Part shown: piece by piece, positions 47,701-60,136 of the stretch
Position numbering within the stretch: position 1 is the stretch's first letter
Layout of the letters: the number at the start of each line of letters is the position of its first letter
Source of the DNA: Camelus ferus
Taxonomy: Eukaryota
Length of the DNA: 64,000 nt
NCBI RefSeq assembly: GCF_009834535.1
Contig: NC_045696.1
Span: 372,001-436,000 of the forward strand
Direction of reading: 5' to 3'
The notes under the pieces: generated by a model
Seen by the model: the letters and a program-made list of their open reading frames with translations, nothing else
Database searches by the model: none
Told to the model about the DNA's origin: nothing
Position numbers and translations under genes: made by a program

Positions 47701-49831
47701 CCGGTGTGGCAAGGCCTCAGACACCTCGGCGATAACTGCCCTGAAGAGGTCTGCAGGGGGGACGAGCAAAGTTGGTCCCTCGGCACCAAACCCTCTGGGC
47801 CCGCTTGCCAGGAGGTCACGGCCTGGGCGCCGCTGCGGGCCAGGGACGCGGGGCGGACAGAGTGTAAGCCCGGCAAGCCCCACACGGGGGCCGTGCTGTG
47901 GCCGCACGGGGCTGGGAGTCCTGAGGGGGCCGTCCGAAGGGCTCACTGAGAAGGCATTTGATGAGAAGGATGCGAGGGCAGGAGAGTGCAGGCAGGGGAC
48001 ACAGACAAGCGCAGGGGAGAGCACAGCCAGGCTGCTCCAGAACAGGAGGCAGCATGTGGCTGGGACCGCGAGAACCAGGGCGAGGACGGCGGTCAGAGGG
48101 TGTGGCGTGGAGTCCGTGCAGGGTCGTGTCCCTGGGTGGGATCGTGGGCCCCAGGGTTACGGGTGCGGCATGGGGTGCAGAGCTGGCAGCGCCTGTGGGG
48201 CACTCGGCACAGGTGCCCACTTCTGGACCTGACACGACCCCAGCTGACCCCTGCACACCGGCCATGGGGCCCAGCCCACAGAGGGGGGGCTTCACAAACG
48301 CTTGGGCTGCAAGCCGTGGCGCCGGTCACGAGAAGCCCAAGGAGGCTCTGCCGGTGTCACTGGTGGCCCGGTGGGGGCCAGAGTCTGCCCCAAGGCCGTC
48401 CTGGAAGCTGCTCAGCCCAGGAGAAGCCACACCGCCGATCAGAGCCGCCCCCCTGCGCAGCCTTCCTGGGGCACCTGCTGCTTCTGCATCTCACGCGTGT
48501 CCCCGAGCTCCTCCTGCCGAGCATGTCCACAGGGCGCTGCACCCCACACACCCGTCCCCCACCACACGCCTCCCACCTGCTTCTTACAATCGAATTTTGC
48601 ACTAATACAATTAAATCATAGTTTTAAATACACAGGTTTTGCGTGTAAAACATACTTTCCTCTGTCTCAGTGTGCTCTCACAACGTCATTATCTTCAAAT
48701 CACGTAAACCAAGAGAATCAGAATTAAATCCACGGGCTGGGAAGAGCCGTGTTCCCCGTGGCATGTACTAGTCTGTCTGTCTGCGTGGAAGGAAACTGAA
48801 GCTGACAACCGAGGGCCTGAGGCTCGTGAAGCTCGGACCTGCCAGGGGCCCCTCCCCAGCACCAGAAGGCCCTCTAGACCAGACCTCAAGGCCGACAGGG
48901 CTCCAGCTGCTTCCAGGGAGAAGTTCTGGGGCCCAAACGCAGGGACAGGCCAGAGGCTCAGACACGTGACAGTCCCTCCACCCCACGCAGAACCGGCCCT
49001 GCTCCGGAATCAGGAATTCATGGGAGATCCTGCCTGCAGACCACACTAGACTGGAGAGCCACCCATAAAATGAAGCCACCACACCCATCAAGGCGAGGCT
49101 GCTTCCTTCCTCCCATCCAGAGACACGCTGAACGGAGGCAAACGATACACTAACTTCTGGAGCGGAGCCCCTCCCACAAACCTCCGCTCGGAGTGTGCCT
49201 CAGTCCAGAGGGACAGCTCCTCCTGGTCCTCGTGCTCTCACGAGGTGGAGAGCTCCTGCTTTACGACGTGGAATGTCTAGTTTAAAAACGCAACAAAGCA
49301 TTAATTCACCAGAACGGCGACTTTCAATCAACCATACCATCGCTGTGGACCATTCCGCCACCTCACGGGCAGCACCCGCCACCACCTGCCCCCACCTGCC
49401 CCCACCTGCGCCACCCCCACTCCAGGCCTGGTGCACACACCTAGCCCCGCAGGGCACACAGCAGCCATCCACGGTGAGGAGGTGAAACCCCATCCTGACT
49501 TCACGCTATGTGACAAACTTCCAGGCCAAATAAACGTGTCCTGTTCCTGAGACAGGCGCCACGGGTCACAGGGGAGCAAGGCTGGGCACCAGCCAGGGCG
49601 GCAGGGCCTCCCGCAGAGACCGCCTCCAGAAAAGCAGCTGCTGCCCTTGACGCGGGACACAAGGCTAGTGCACAGGGGTCGCCCGCCCAAGGCCCCAGGA
49701 GCACCCAAACCTTGGGGCCCCATGGAGAGCACTGCACGCAGCGGCACGTTCTCCAGGACCAGAGACCCAAGCCTTCCAGGAGCCCGGGACCAAACACACC
49801 TGAAAGCCCACAGCCCCAACACCCGCCTCAC

Positions 49832-50360
49832 CTGGTGAGCCCCCCGCAGGGCTCCCGTGCGCGCCATGCCTAGCTCCTCTGCGGACGCAGGCGCGTCTTC
49901 TTGCTGCAGCTCCAGTTTCTTGAAAGCCCGGGTCAGGATCACATGGTGAGGAGCAGCCTCCTTCTGCAGCTGCTCCTCCAGGTCCACCCGCAGCAGCTCC
50001 AGGGCACGTCTGTGCTGGCCCCGCAAGGTCTGGATGTCAGACAGGTAACGGGACTCCAAAGAGTCCAGGTGTGACACGTGCCTGGCCTCCAAAGCCCTGA
50101 TTTCGGCAGCAAGTTCTGCCTGCAGTTCAGCCTCTCGAGCGTCTGATCGAGCCCGCCGCTCACTCTGGAATGAAGCCCGCAGCTCTTCAAGCTCAGCCTG
50201 GTGCCTGGTCTCCAGCTCGGCCCTCAAGGACAGGACGAGCTGCTGGTGTCTCTCCCGGAGGAGCTGGAGCTCGCTGGCTTGCTTCTCCTGGGCCTCCTGC
50301 AGGAAGGCATCTCGCTCCTCAATGAACTTCTCTGTGATTTCTCGACGTTCTCCTAAGAAT
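49832..50360 (-). CDS. PCNT: PCNT exon (~ex15), FLGERREITEKF...LRGAHQ; 529 nt, phase 2>0
   Basis: CCTCAG| acceptor, |GTGAGG donor. Confidence 0.94.
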
Positions 50361-51439
50361 CTGAGGTGACCAGCCAAGAGAACACAGAACACCAGCATGG
50401 TCACAAGTGCTCCAGCCCCACGTTTCCTGCGGGAAACACCACGCCTCCTGGGAAGACCACCCCTCCTGGATCTGACTGTGCCTCTCTCTGCTGCAAACGG
50501 TCTGAGAGCCCACAGCCAGCAGGGAGCAGAGAGTGACGGGGCCCACGAAGCTGGAGGAGCTCAGAGGCCAGACTGTCCCCAGTCAGACTGACAGGGGGGA
50601 GGAGGGAGACACAGGATCCCCAGCAAGAAATCACACACGCGTTTCCACCAGACACCCCGGGAAAGCAGGCCTGACTACAACTCAGCAAAGAGAGCGCCTC
50701 AACAGGGAAGGCAGCGGGATCCCTCCGGGGAGCCGCGGGGCCGCACGTAACATCAGAGGACCTGAGACAGCTCTTCGGGGTACATCAGGGACGTGAATTC
50801 AAAGAGCTGCTGGTGGCACCGGCTGGCAGACGAGCAGGAAGACGCCTTTCTGATGGAAGCACCCAGACCCCAGCAGGAAGGGGGCGCCCAGTACACATCG
50901 GTGCGCACGGGTGACGAGAGCTGGGCTGGGCTCTCTGTGCTCACTGTCCCCAGAGCACGCCCTTCCGCCGACCGCCCGACACAGGGAGGACACGGAGGCC
51001 TCGTGAGTCTGCACGCTGCGTCGTGTCCGTCCAGCTCACACACGGTGGGCCGGGACCTGACGGATTCTCAGACCCCAGAGCAGCTCCCGCCCGCATCTCC
51101 CTCGCACACGAGCAGCAGAACCAACAGCAGCCCCAACGACCTCCAACCTCGGACCCCCACTACAGCCCAGGTTTGCAAAGAGGCACCAAACCAAGTCACG
51201 TTCTACGTTTGCTTAAAACTTCAGGGAAGTGGGCAAACAGCTTAGAAAAAGGCATGTGTTGAAAAGAACATCTGTTTGAGTTTAAAGTACAGAAGAAACC
51301 CGATGAATTCAGGCTGCACCGCCTTGCAGTAAACGAGGCCTCGGCTCTGCTGCCGGAGCCGTAACAGGTGCGGAGAGCACAGGTGACGAGAAGGCCGCAC
51401 GCTCAGCCGCGCCCAGCCCGGACACGGGACGTCACCCAC

Positions 51440-51891
51440 CTGCTCTGGGCCGGCTGCAGATGGTCACCGTCCTCCTTTGGCTCCCGCTCCTGGTCCGCTG
51501 GACCCAGGCCACCGGCCAGCTCCCGGCCACACTGGCTGCACCGCAGAGACTCGTCCCCGGCAAGGCTGAGCTCTAGCTGCCGCAGGCGGCCCTGCTGCTC
51601 CGTCAGGGATCCCTCCAGGGCCAGGATCTGGGCCGCCTGCTGGTCCTGAAGTTGCCTCATTTCAGCTTCTCGAAGCTCAAACCTGTCTGTCAAGGACCGC
51701 TTCTCAGATTCCGCCTGTTCCCGCAGGTCCAGGAACACCCGTGCCAGCCTCTCCTCCGCGCCTTGCCTCAGGCCCTCGCTGGTGACGTTCCACTCTGCCT
51801 CTCTGTCTCTGAGCTCTTGTTTCACCAGCTCGATCCTCTCCTCAGCGCTCTTCAGTTCTGCCTGGTGATCTTCCACTAAATTACGTTTTCC
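51440..51891 (-). CDS. PCNT: PCNT exon (~ex14), GKRNLVEDHQ...CSQCGRE...PAQS; 452 nt, phase 0>2
   Basis: CTACAG| acceptor, |GTGGGT donor. Confidence 0.94.
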
Positions 51892-52979
51892 CTGTAGACA
51901 GCACGATTCCACTTGAGAGGGAACAAGTTAACTGAAAAGACCATTGGCAGCAATGACCCAATCCACGTCTGGAGACAGAGAAGTCCCGCAGCACATGGGC
52001 ATGGTGCTGAACACAGCAACGGGAATGTGTCTGCCCTGACAGGAATGAAGGGGCTTAATGCGAACAGATTTAAAACCATTTGCTTAAGTAAAACGTGTCC
52101 CCATCCAGGCAGCCGGGACCGTCTATTATCTGCGGGGCGGGCAAGCCTGGGCACACGTGTGGGGCGCCTCCTCTGCTGTGCCAAGACCAGCACAGGGGAA
52201 AGCAGACGCATCGGGGCCCGCGGTCAAGGGGAAGGCCAACCCGCACACAGAGAACCCACTGTCGGCCGGGGGACCGAGCGCCACAGGAGAGCAGCAGCGG
52301 GCGGGGTCAGGCCCCGAACACACGGCTCACGCTCCAGGGTCACAGGGACCGAGCGGGAGGCTGATGGGCTAGAATCAATGCTCTCAAAGGGGCCTTTGGA
52401 AGGGAGGTGAGTCAGGAAGCGGAACGTAGGCAAACACTCTGACATTCAAAAAAGGAAAGAAAGCAGGTCAACTGATGATCAAAAAGAAGTAAAACCAGAC
52501 CAAAAAGGTATGCGAGGTTGACCTCAACTCCTTACTCGAGTTGTTAGAACACAGTTTAGGGCCTGCCCATGGTGACAGCTGAGGGTCAGCTCTCATCAGA
52601 CCTACGCTCCCAGACACGACTGCGGACTCTGCATAAAGTCCAGGAAAGACCCTGGGGTCGGGGCCTGAGGCCCAGAACAAAGATGCGGCCCTGCAGGGCT
52701 GACCCCTCCATGCAGTGAGCACAGAAACCATCCCCAACCCCAAGTCTTACTTGTTTGAACCAGAGCAGCTGGGAAGGGAGGGGGGCCTGTGAGGACGGAG
52801 CCGAGGAGGAGAGCTGCCAACTCTGCGATCACACGCGCCCCGGCCGACCCTGACTACACACGTGTGCACAGACGCAGGGCAGCCCTGCACCCAGAAAGCG
52901 GAGGGCTGGCCTCTGAGGGCGGGGGCGTCCTGTGGGGCCGAGACCGTAACCGGCGGGGTCGGCACTAACCTCAGGTCGA

Positions 52980-53290
52980 CACTGTCACTAGATTAAAAGT
53001 ACCATGGACAGGAAGAGGCACACCATCAACAAGACACAAGCAAAGCTTGGAACAAGCACGTGAATAGAGAAACAAGCAGATTTCAGCACCAAGACCACCA
53101 CCGGGGCAAAGGGGGTCGCTTCACTGATGACAAAAGGGTCCACTTCTCAGGAAGACGTAACAGTCCTAAGTGTGTACACGTGGAATATCAGAGCTTCAAC
53201 GTACTCACAGCAAAAGCCGACGATTAAAGGAAGAGACGGATAACTCCACACCGCTCTTCTAATAATTTATGTAAGTGGATAAAGGGGTGG
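52980..53290 (+). mobile_element. Old L1 ORF2 endonuclease-region fragment
   Basis: Degraded L1 phrases (caggaagacgtaacagtcctaagtgtgtac...cagagcttcaa). Confidence 0.55.
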
Positions 53291-53893
53291 TCCAGGAACG
53301 TCAAAGGCCATCGAGGCAAGTCTGTCCTTGAGTTAGGGTTCAGGTTTAGGCTCAGGCTGAGTGCCGACAGCTGCAGAGGCTGGCAGAGGAGCTGCCCGGC
53401 TGGGGCCACAGGCCCTCCACAGACCTCAGTCCCGAGTCAGCCTTGCCCCCGTCCTCACCCCGCCTTAGTATGGGGATAACACACAACTGGCCTTGCGGGT
53501 AGTAACGGCTTCTATGAAACTCTGCTCCGAGGAGAACGAGACCCCGAGGCGACCCCACCGGGAAGAGCCCAGGAAGAAAAGCTCCTGACGGGCCCCACGG
53601 CACAGTGAGGCCGGGCCCCGCCGGCCCCCAAGGAGGCCGCTAGTCACTTAGGGCAGTTCACGTCTCAGCTCGGTGAGCGAGCAGCCTGTACGCTCCACAG
53701 AAGCATGACCGTGGCCAGCGGGAAGAGCTGGGGGCTGAGGACACTCCGGGAGACACGGAGGCCTGGAGGCGGCACACCTCCCTGGTGGAAGGAGCGACAG
53801 GCCCCAAGGAAGACCCCACGAGCACTCCAGGGAGGGCCCTCCAGTCCCCACGAGGCCGCGGTGGACGCTGCGCAGCGAGGGGTTTCAACTTAC

Positions 53894-54111
53894 CTCCTCC
53901 AAGTCCTCCCTCAGGCGGGCCTCACGCTGCAGCTTCTCACGCAGACTTCTATTCTCCACCCTTAGGAGGTCGACTTCGTCCTGGAGCAGCATCTGAAGCA
54001 GTGAGAGCTGAGCCTTGTGCTCAGGTCCCACGTGTGAGACTCCGGCCACCACCTGTGCCTGCGCCTCCAGGGCCCCGTTCTGCGCACACAGAAGGGGCAC
54101 CCGGGCGAGCT
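53894..54111 (-). CDS. PCNT: PCNT exon (~ex13), ELARVPL...EHKAQLSLLQ...REDLEE; 218 nt, phase 1>0
   Basis: CCGCAG| acceptor, |GTAAGT donor. Confidence 0.92.
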
Positions 54112-54900
54112 CTGCGGGGACAGGGCGGGGCTTCAGGCTGGACAGGCCACCTACCTCCAAAAGCCTCAGACAACATCCCCTCTGACTCTGACCCCGGTGG
54201 GCTTGGTGGCAGAAGTGGCCCTTCAGCCGAGTGGTCACTGCAGGGGTCACTGTGCCCGGGGCCCAGACAGCAGCCCGTCCTGAGCCGCCCACACCTGCTG
54301 CTGCTCCTCCAGTCTGGGTGCCAGCTGACCCACAGAGGAAGGGAGCTCTGGGCCGCAGGCACCCGGCCCCCAGGGCAGCTCTGCCAGGGCCTGTGACCGT
54401 CCTAGGCTCGAGAAGGAGCCAAGCGTGACCGAGGCGCTCAGGGCACTTCCACCAGGGCCCAGCGACTGGAACGTGCTAAGAGGTGACCGCAGGGCACCTC
54501 TCAAGCAGGAGAGAAGGGTGAGGAGCAGAGAAGACAGGCCTTGTGCCAGAGCCCCCAGGGGACCCAGACCTGCTGGCCCTCATGCTGGGACCCTTTGCCC
54601 CACCTCAGCCCCATGCAGGAAGGCAGCAGCGCCCGCCCTCTCCTGGACTCCGTGTCCAGGGCCGGCCTCACATCTGCTCTCCTGGGCCCCACCGGCCACG
54701 CCCTGGGGACAACAGAGCTTCTCTGTCCCCAGCCGCCACGCTGCTGCCTAGGCAGGCCCCTCCTGACACGCCTGGCCTGCCCCTCGACCCCGCCCTGGGG
54801 CCTCAGCACCAGCCCTCTGGAGCACGGGCAGCATGTGCAGGTGTCCAGAACGTTCCCCGCTGGCCGACGCCCAGGACCAGCAAAGCAGAAAGGCACGCAC

Positions 54901-55054
54901 CTTGGTCGGGCTCTCCTGAGGGCCCCACAGGCTGCTCCCCCTCCAACACCGGGGGGCCCACGAGGTCCACATCCTGCTGGACCTCCAGGCAGCACTTCCG
55001 CACTGCTAGCTGGCACCAGCGGTTTTCTTCTAATCGTGGCAAACACAGGCTCTC
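54901..55054 (-). CDS. PCNT: PCNT exon (~ex12), ESLCLPRLEE...GEPDQ; 154 nt, phase 0>1
   Basis: CCGCAG| acceptor, |GTGCGT donor; phase fits; divergent peptide. Confidence 0.75.
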
Positions 55055-55769
55055 CTGCGGGGAAAGCACAGAGCAAACCTCACAACAAGTCCCCACCTGC
55101 CTCCCTCATCACCATGTCCACGCCATCTGCTGCCCCACCTGTTTGCAGAAGGGGGAGGGTGCGCCCACTGAGGCCGACCCGCGCCTGAGACTCGGCGCCT
55201 CCGCCACACCCGCTCGCCTGCCCACCAGACTCCGTCCTCACCCTCCCCGCCCCAGGTCAGGCCTCCCTGACCAGCCACGTGTCCAGGGCCTTGGCCAAGG
55301 CTGCCCTGCTCGGCCGCGGGGCTCCCAGGTCTCTCCTCACCCCTGCCCTGCACTTCCCATCCAGAGCCGGGAGCTGGGCCCACCCCATGAGGTCACTGCC
55401 GTGACCAGCCTGACAGGGCCCAGCCCGAGTGTCCCTGTTGGAGGGAGGGAGGGAAGGAGGGCAGAGGGGCTCAGCGCCACTTCCACACCTCCCACGAGGG
55501 TGTTTTGACACCCCTCGAAACACAACCAGTCACCCCCTTTCCCTCAAAGCCACTCACACAAGTCATGTCAACCTAAACGTCAGACTCTCAACAAGCTCGA
55601 GTCAACATTTAAATCGAGGCTCATGCTTTCACGTGGCCAAGGCGACCAAGACAAAACCTAAGTCAGGACTCGAAAGAACCAGAGGAAAACACAGGGAAAC
55701 GCTGCGGTGCCCTGAGAATGGTGCGGAGGAGCTGGGGGCTCGGGGCTTCCGGCCTCAGACAAGGCGTGG

Positions 55770-56103
55770 GAACACGCAGCGATGACCAGACAAGGAAGAA
55801 GACACTCGGCCTCGTGACAACCACAGAGCTGCAGCCAGAGACAGTGGCCAGGGGTCGGCGAGGGTGAAATGGGTGAAGGGTCAAAAGACACAAACCTCTA
55901 GTCAGAGGTAAACAAGTCCTGGGGGCGCCAGTCAGGAATACTCTATTCTGTGTCTGAAAGCTGTTAAGAGAGTAGGTCTTAAAAATTCTCACCACAAGGG
56001 GAAAAAAATGACAACTGTGTGGCGACTGCCTCACGACACAGCCAGGCAGGGAGCCATTATGCTGTGCGCCCAAAATGAACGTTACACGTCCGCTATCCCT
56101 CAA
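55770..56103 (+). mobile_element. L1MA-type 3'-UTR fragment
   Basis: tgaaagctgttaagagagtaggtcttaaaaattctcaccac motif. Confidence 0.7.
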
Positions 56104-56126
56104 CAGAACGCAAGGCCGCCGGTCAC

Positions 56127-56202
56127 CTCGTGCTGCTCCAGATGAAGGCTGAGCTGATCGAGGTGGTCTCTCTCTTTTCCAGACATCTCTTCTGAAGGGG
56201 CC
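56127..56202 (-). CDS. PCNT: PCNT exon (~ex11), APSEEMSGKERDHLDQLSLHLEQHE; 76 nt, phase 2>0
   Basis: ATCCAG| acceptor, |GTGAC donor; phase fits both neighbours; divergent peptide. Confidence 0.8.
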
Positions 56203-56592
56203 CTGGATGAATTGAGGGAGAAATACATTTTAAGACCTTCCCACGTGGCACCTTCCCACCGATCCCAGCTTTGTCCCTGGGATCCTACTTCTGTGCCGAG
56301 GACAGGACGACCAACGGCTGTGCAGATCTGACCATGACAGTGACAACTCAGCGAGCGGCACAGCCCGGGGGAGACGCGGGGACCCAGCAGCCCACCCACC
56401 CACAGCCCAGCACGAGGAGCAGACCAACTCGCAGCTCATATGACATCTTGTTCCGAGACCCAAATATCAAGTGTTTCTAAAACAAAAGGTGCCTTGCCTG
56501 CACTGGCATAAATCACAGACCACACTAGACTCCTATTCAGCTCAAGGTGCCGATTCCAAAAACAAGGTTAAGGTGGAAACTGCCATGTCTAC

Positions 56593-56836
56593 CTGATCTG
56601 CACAGACTCCAGCAGAGAGTCCTCCTCCATCTCCTGCAGCCGCTGCTGGAACAGGGCCAGGTCTTCCTGGTAATCTTTCTCAGCCTCCCTTAATTTCTTT
56701 TCAAAGTAAATCCTCAGCTGTCCCAGCTCAGACTCATGCTTGGTCCTCTCCTGCTGCTGCTGCTGCTCGAAGTCCCGCCTCAGACGCTCCAACTCCTCCA
56801 CGTGGGAAGTGCGGGCCAGGAGCTGGTCGTGTAACT
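56593..56836 (-). CDS. PCNT: PCNT exon (~ex10), ELHDQLLART...LRIYFEKKLR...ESVQI; 244 nt, phase 1>2
   Basis: TAAAG| acceptor, |GTAGAC donor; strong peptide match. Confidence 0.92.
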
Positions 56837-58312
56837 CTTTACGGGACGGAATTAACGATCATCTTAAAACGAAACACTCAGGGAAAACCAGGAGACAGTT
56901 AAGACCTGGGATGTGTACAGAGAAGACTTGTAAAAAGGGGCCCCAGTCACAGAGCCCATGAACTGACACGGGGGCCTCACGGGGAGGCCAGCTGGGTGGC
57001 CGCAGTGGGCCCCGGGCCCCCAGGGGCAGAGTGCATCGGCAGCTGGTGGCAGAGTCAGAGGGACCAAAGTGTGAGGAACATTCCACGTGCCGCTGGGGGC
57101 TCTGAAGGCAGAGGGGCCGCAGGGCAGGGAACGTGGGCAGTGGGCAGCCTGTAGGTTGAAGACCAGCAGGAGAGCAGGACCTCGGTCCCACAACCACAGG
57201 GCCTGGGTTCCGCCACAACCCGAGGGAGCAGGTCAAAGGGCGGCCCGACACCCGGACTTCGGCTGCAGGGGACTCCACCTCAGGCCTCCTGCCACTGCGC
57301 GTGGCGGCTGTAAGCTGCTGGGCTGGCGGTGCTTTGTTAGCAGCAACGACCGGTAACACAGACCACAAGAGAACTGGCACCACCACTCCTCTGATGAAGA
57401 GGATGCTGCCAGCCGGTCTACCACAGCCAGGGACTAGCTTTCAAACAACGTAGATGGAAATAGGTAACTATCCCGTACTCCAAATCACAGTTCCCTGGAG
57501 GGCCCTTACAGGCAAGCCTGAGGATTTCCAGTGGAACACGCACACGCTGAAACACATGTGTGATAGCACACATGAAGCCACCAGTCCACGAGCGCTGCCC
57601 ACGGCCTCGTCAGTGACCCACAGACCAGGTGCTGGGCTCACCCACCCGCCAGAACGTCCAGTGTAGTTTCAGGTCCTTTCTCCTAACTCTGTTTGTTCCT
57701 AGTAACACTCACCCTCCCCAGGCAGTTCTAGATGTCACAGGCCATCTGGTGAGCGGGGGCAGGAAAGCCCCCGTTTCTCTGCCCTGAGTCTCATGACCTC
57801 CCCCAACCACCCCGAAGGCATCTCCTGCAAGAACAGATCCTCTGGCTTCTCAGGAGGCAGAGGCAGGTGTGAGTCAGAAGGAGAACCCGGCTAAGCTGCC
57901 CTCAGCAAATGTGGCGTCACTCTCCTCCAAGACCAGAGCCAGGCCACAGGGGCCTGAGCACACCAGCCCAGGGGAGCTCACGGGACCCAGGAGGCAGCAA
58001 GGCACATCTGCGACCCTGAACGCCCACTGAGAACGGTGCCCAACCAAGCCCACCCGCAAGCCCTGCCTCACACATGAACAGTGTGCAGTTAGCGCAGGAG
58101 AGACATGGGCTTCCCGACGTGCCTGACTCGTCTGCGATGAAGCCAAGGCCGCCCACCCACAATTTCCACCCTGAAGCCACAGACGTCAGTCTCCACGGAA
58201 GTTTACAAATCACTTTCTGGGGTTTTCAAAGCCATCAGATTCCAGCTGGGGGTTTCAACAGTTACAAATACAGCTGTTCGTGGACCTGAATTTTCAACAC
58301 AAGGCTCCTCAC

Positions 58313-58424
58313 CACTCAGCTCCTGCCTGCTGGACCGGGCAGACTCCAGCTGGACCCACAGGCGCTGGATCTCCTCCTGTGACTGGGCCTGCAGCTCCTC
58401 GTAGGACACCCGGAGGTTCTCTAA
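58313..58424 (-). CDS. PCNT: PCNT exon (~ex9), LENLRVSYEELQAQSQEEI...QELS; 112 nt, phase 0>1
   Basis: TTCTAG| acceptor, |GTGAG donor. Confidence 0.93.
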
Positions 58425-58634
58425 CTAGAAGAGGAGGACGACAATGTGGGGCCCGACTGACCCAGCCCCTGGGGCAGGGCCCACAACACTAAGTGGGCCA
58501 AGTGCCAAGAACACGAGTTCTCACATGCAGGGCTGAATGCCACGTGTAGGTCAAACCCACAGATTCTATGTCCTGACCTGGTTACCTACCAGCTCCACCA
58601 AATGCTGAGAGTCTTTTTAAATAAAGGCTTAAAA

Positions 58635-59460
58635 TATGGAGGTCCCTTAAAAAACCAAAAAATAGAACTCCCATATGACCCAGCAATTCCACTCCTGAGT
58701 AAGGGAAAAAATGAACACTAATTCAAAAAGACACCGGCACCCCAGTGCTCACAGCAGCACTATTTACAACAGCCAAGACACGGGAGCAAACTAAGTGTCC
58801 ATCTACAGATGACTGGATAAAGAAAATGTAAATTTATACAATGGAATACTACTCAGCCATAAAAAAGAATTAAATGTTGCCATTTTCATCAACGTGGATG
58901 GACTTAGAGTGCATCGTGCTAAGTGAAATAAGTCAGGCTGAGAAATACTGTGTATCGCTTCATGTGGAACCTAAAACATACACAGACAGGTATATACACA
59001 AAACAGAAACAGACTCACAGATGCAGACAACAAGCTAGTGGTTTCCCGCAGGGAGAGGGAAGCGGGAGGGGCGAGGTGGAGGATCAAGAGGCACAAACCA
59101 TCAGATAACAGTAAGTACATGGAATTGTGTGCAGCGTGGGAACAGCCAGTATTTTACAACAACCGTAAGTGGAGCACAGCCTTTAAAAACTGGAAACCAC
59201 TAAATTGCACACCTATAACATGCAATATTGCACATCAATTATATTTAAATTTTTAAAATATGATAGTGTCAATTAAATACATAAGTAAACAAAATTTAAA
59301 AACAGTACAAACTACTACGTATAAAATACTCTACCAGGATGTAGCCATTATCTTACAGTGACTATAAATGGAGTATAATCTTTAAAAATTGTGAATCACT
59401 GTGTTGTACACCTAGAACTTACATAATGTTGTAAACCAACTATACCACCGTTAAATAAAT
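58635..59460 (+). mobile_element. L1 3' end with two successive tail segments
   Basis: Typical L1 3' sequence; tail motif recurs at ~59100-59250 and ~59310-59460. Confidence 0.8.
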
Positions 59461-59575
59461 ACACACACGCGTGTGTGTCAATCAGGGCTTAAGTTCTGGC
59501 CAACAAAGAATGCACAACGACCCCAAGCCCAGACCCCGCCCACACTGACACTCAGACCCAGGAGCGCCTGCCTAC

Positions 59576-59712
59576 CTCCAGCTGGCTCTCCTTTTCCCCT
59601 TCTCTGAACTTCAGCTCCAGGTCCTCCAGGCACTGGACACGCTCACGCTGCAGGTCCGCGCGTAGCTGCCTCAGGGCCACTTCGTGCTGAGCCTCCTGAG
59701 TCCGGAGGGAAA
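59576..59712 (-). CDS. PCNT: PCNT exon (~ex8), SLRTQEAQHE...EKESQLE; 137 nt, phase 1>0
   Basis: CCCCAG| acceptor, |GTAGG donor; CLEDLELKF motif. Confidence 0.92.
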
Positions 59713-60136
59713 CTGGGGGCGGGCATGGACCTCGCTCAGCCTGTGACCCAGCGTCCCCCTCAGCGCCGGCAGCTGTGCAGGGCGCCCCGGCTCCTTCCAG
59801 ACCCCGTTCTCAGAACCCTGCTCCCTCTGGGGACAGAGGGCGGGGACGCAGGCCGGCTGACCCACAGACGGCACCTATCGCCGAGCAACAGGCAACCCAG
59901 GGCAAAGCGTGAACAATCGCGTGGTGCTTCTTGGGCAGCAATTCAGCAGCAGAACACGCAGGAAATCTCTCCGAAACGAAGGCCTCCAGGAGGGTTAGGA
60001 ACCTGGAGGGGCTTGTGACCAAGGGGGGACCCGAGGCTGACGCTGCGCCGCCCAGCCAGCCGCAGGGCGTTTGCGCTCCGGCCACACAGGAGAGCGCAGT
60101 CCCTTCCTCACTTGCTCGTTTCAGTTAGATACTCAC

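Noticed and set aside
47129..48621. Long + strand ORFs (367, 215 and 211 aa)
   Set aside because: Pro/Gly/Arg/Ala-rich, overlapping in several frames, no recognisable domain; expected in GC-rich stop-poor DNA
54541..55508. 321-aa and 215-aa + strand ORFs
   Set aside because: Same GC-rich artefact; partly antisense to a PCNT exon
59461..59478. 18-nt palindrome ACACACACGCGTGTGTGT
   Set aside because: Low-complexity dinucleotide run at an L1 tail; easily arises by chance
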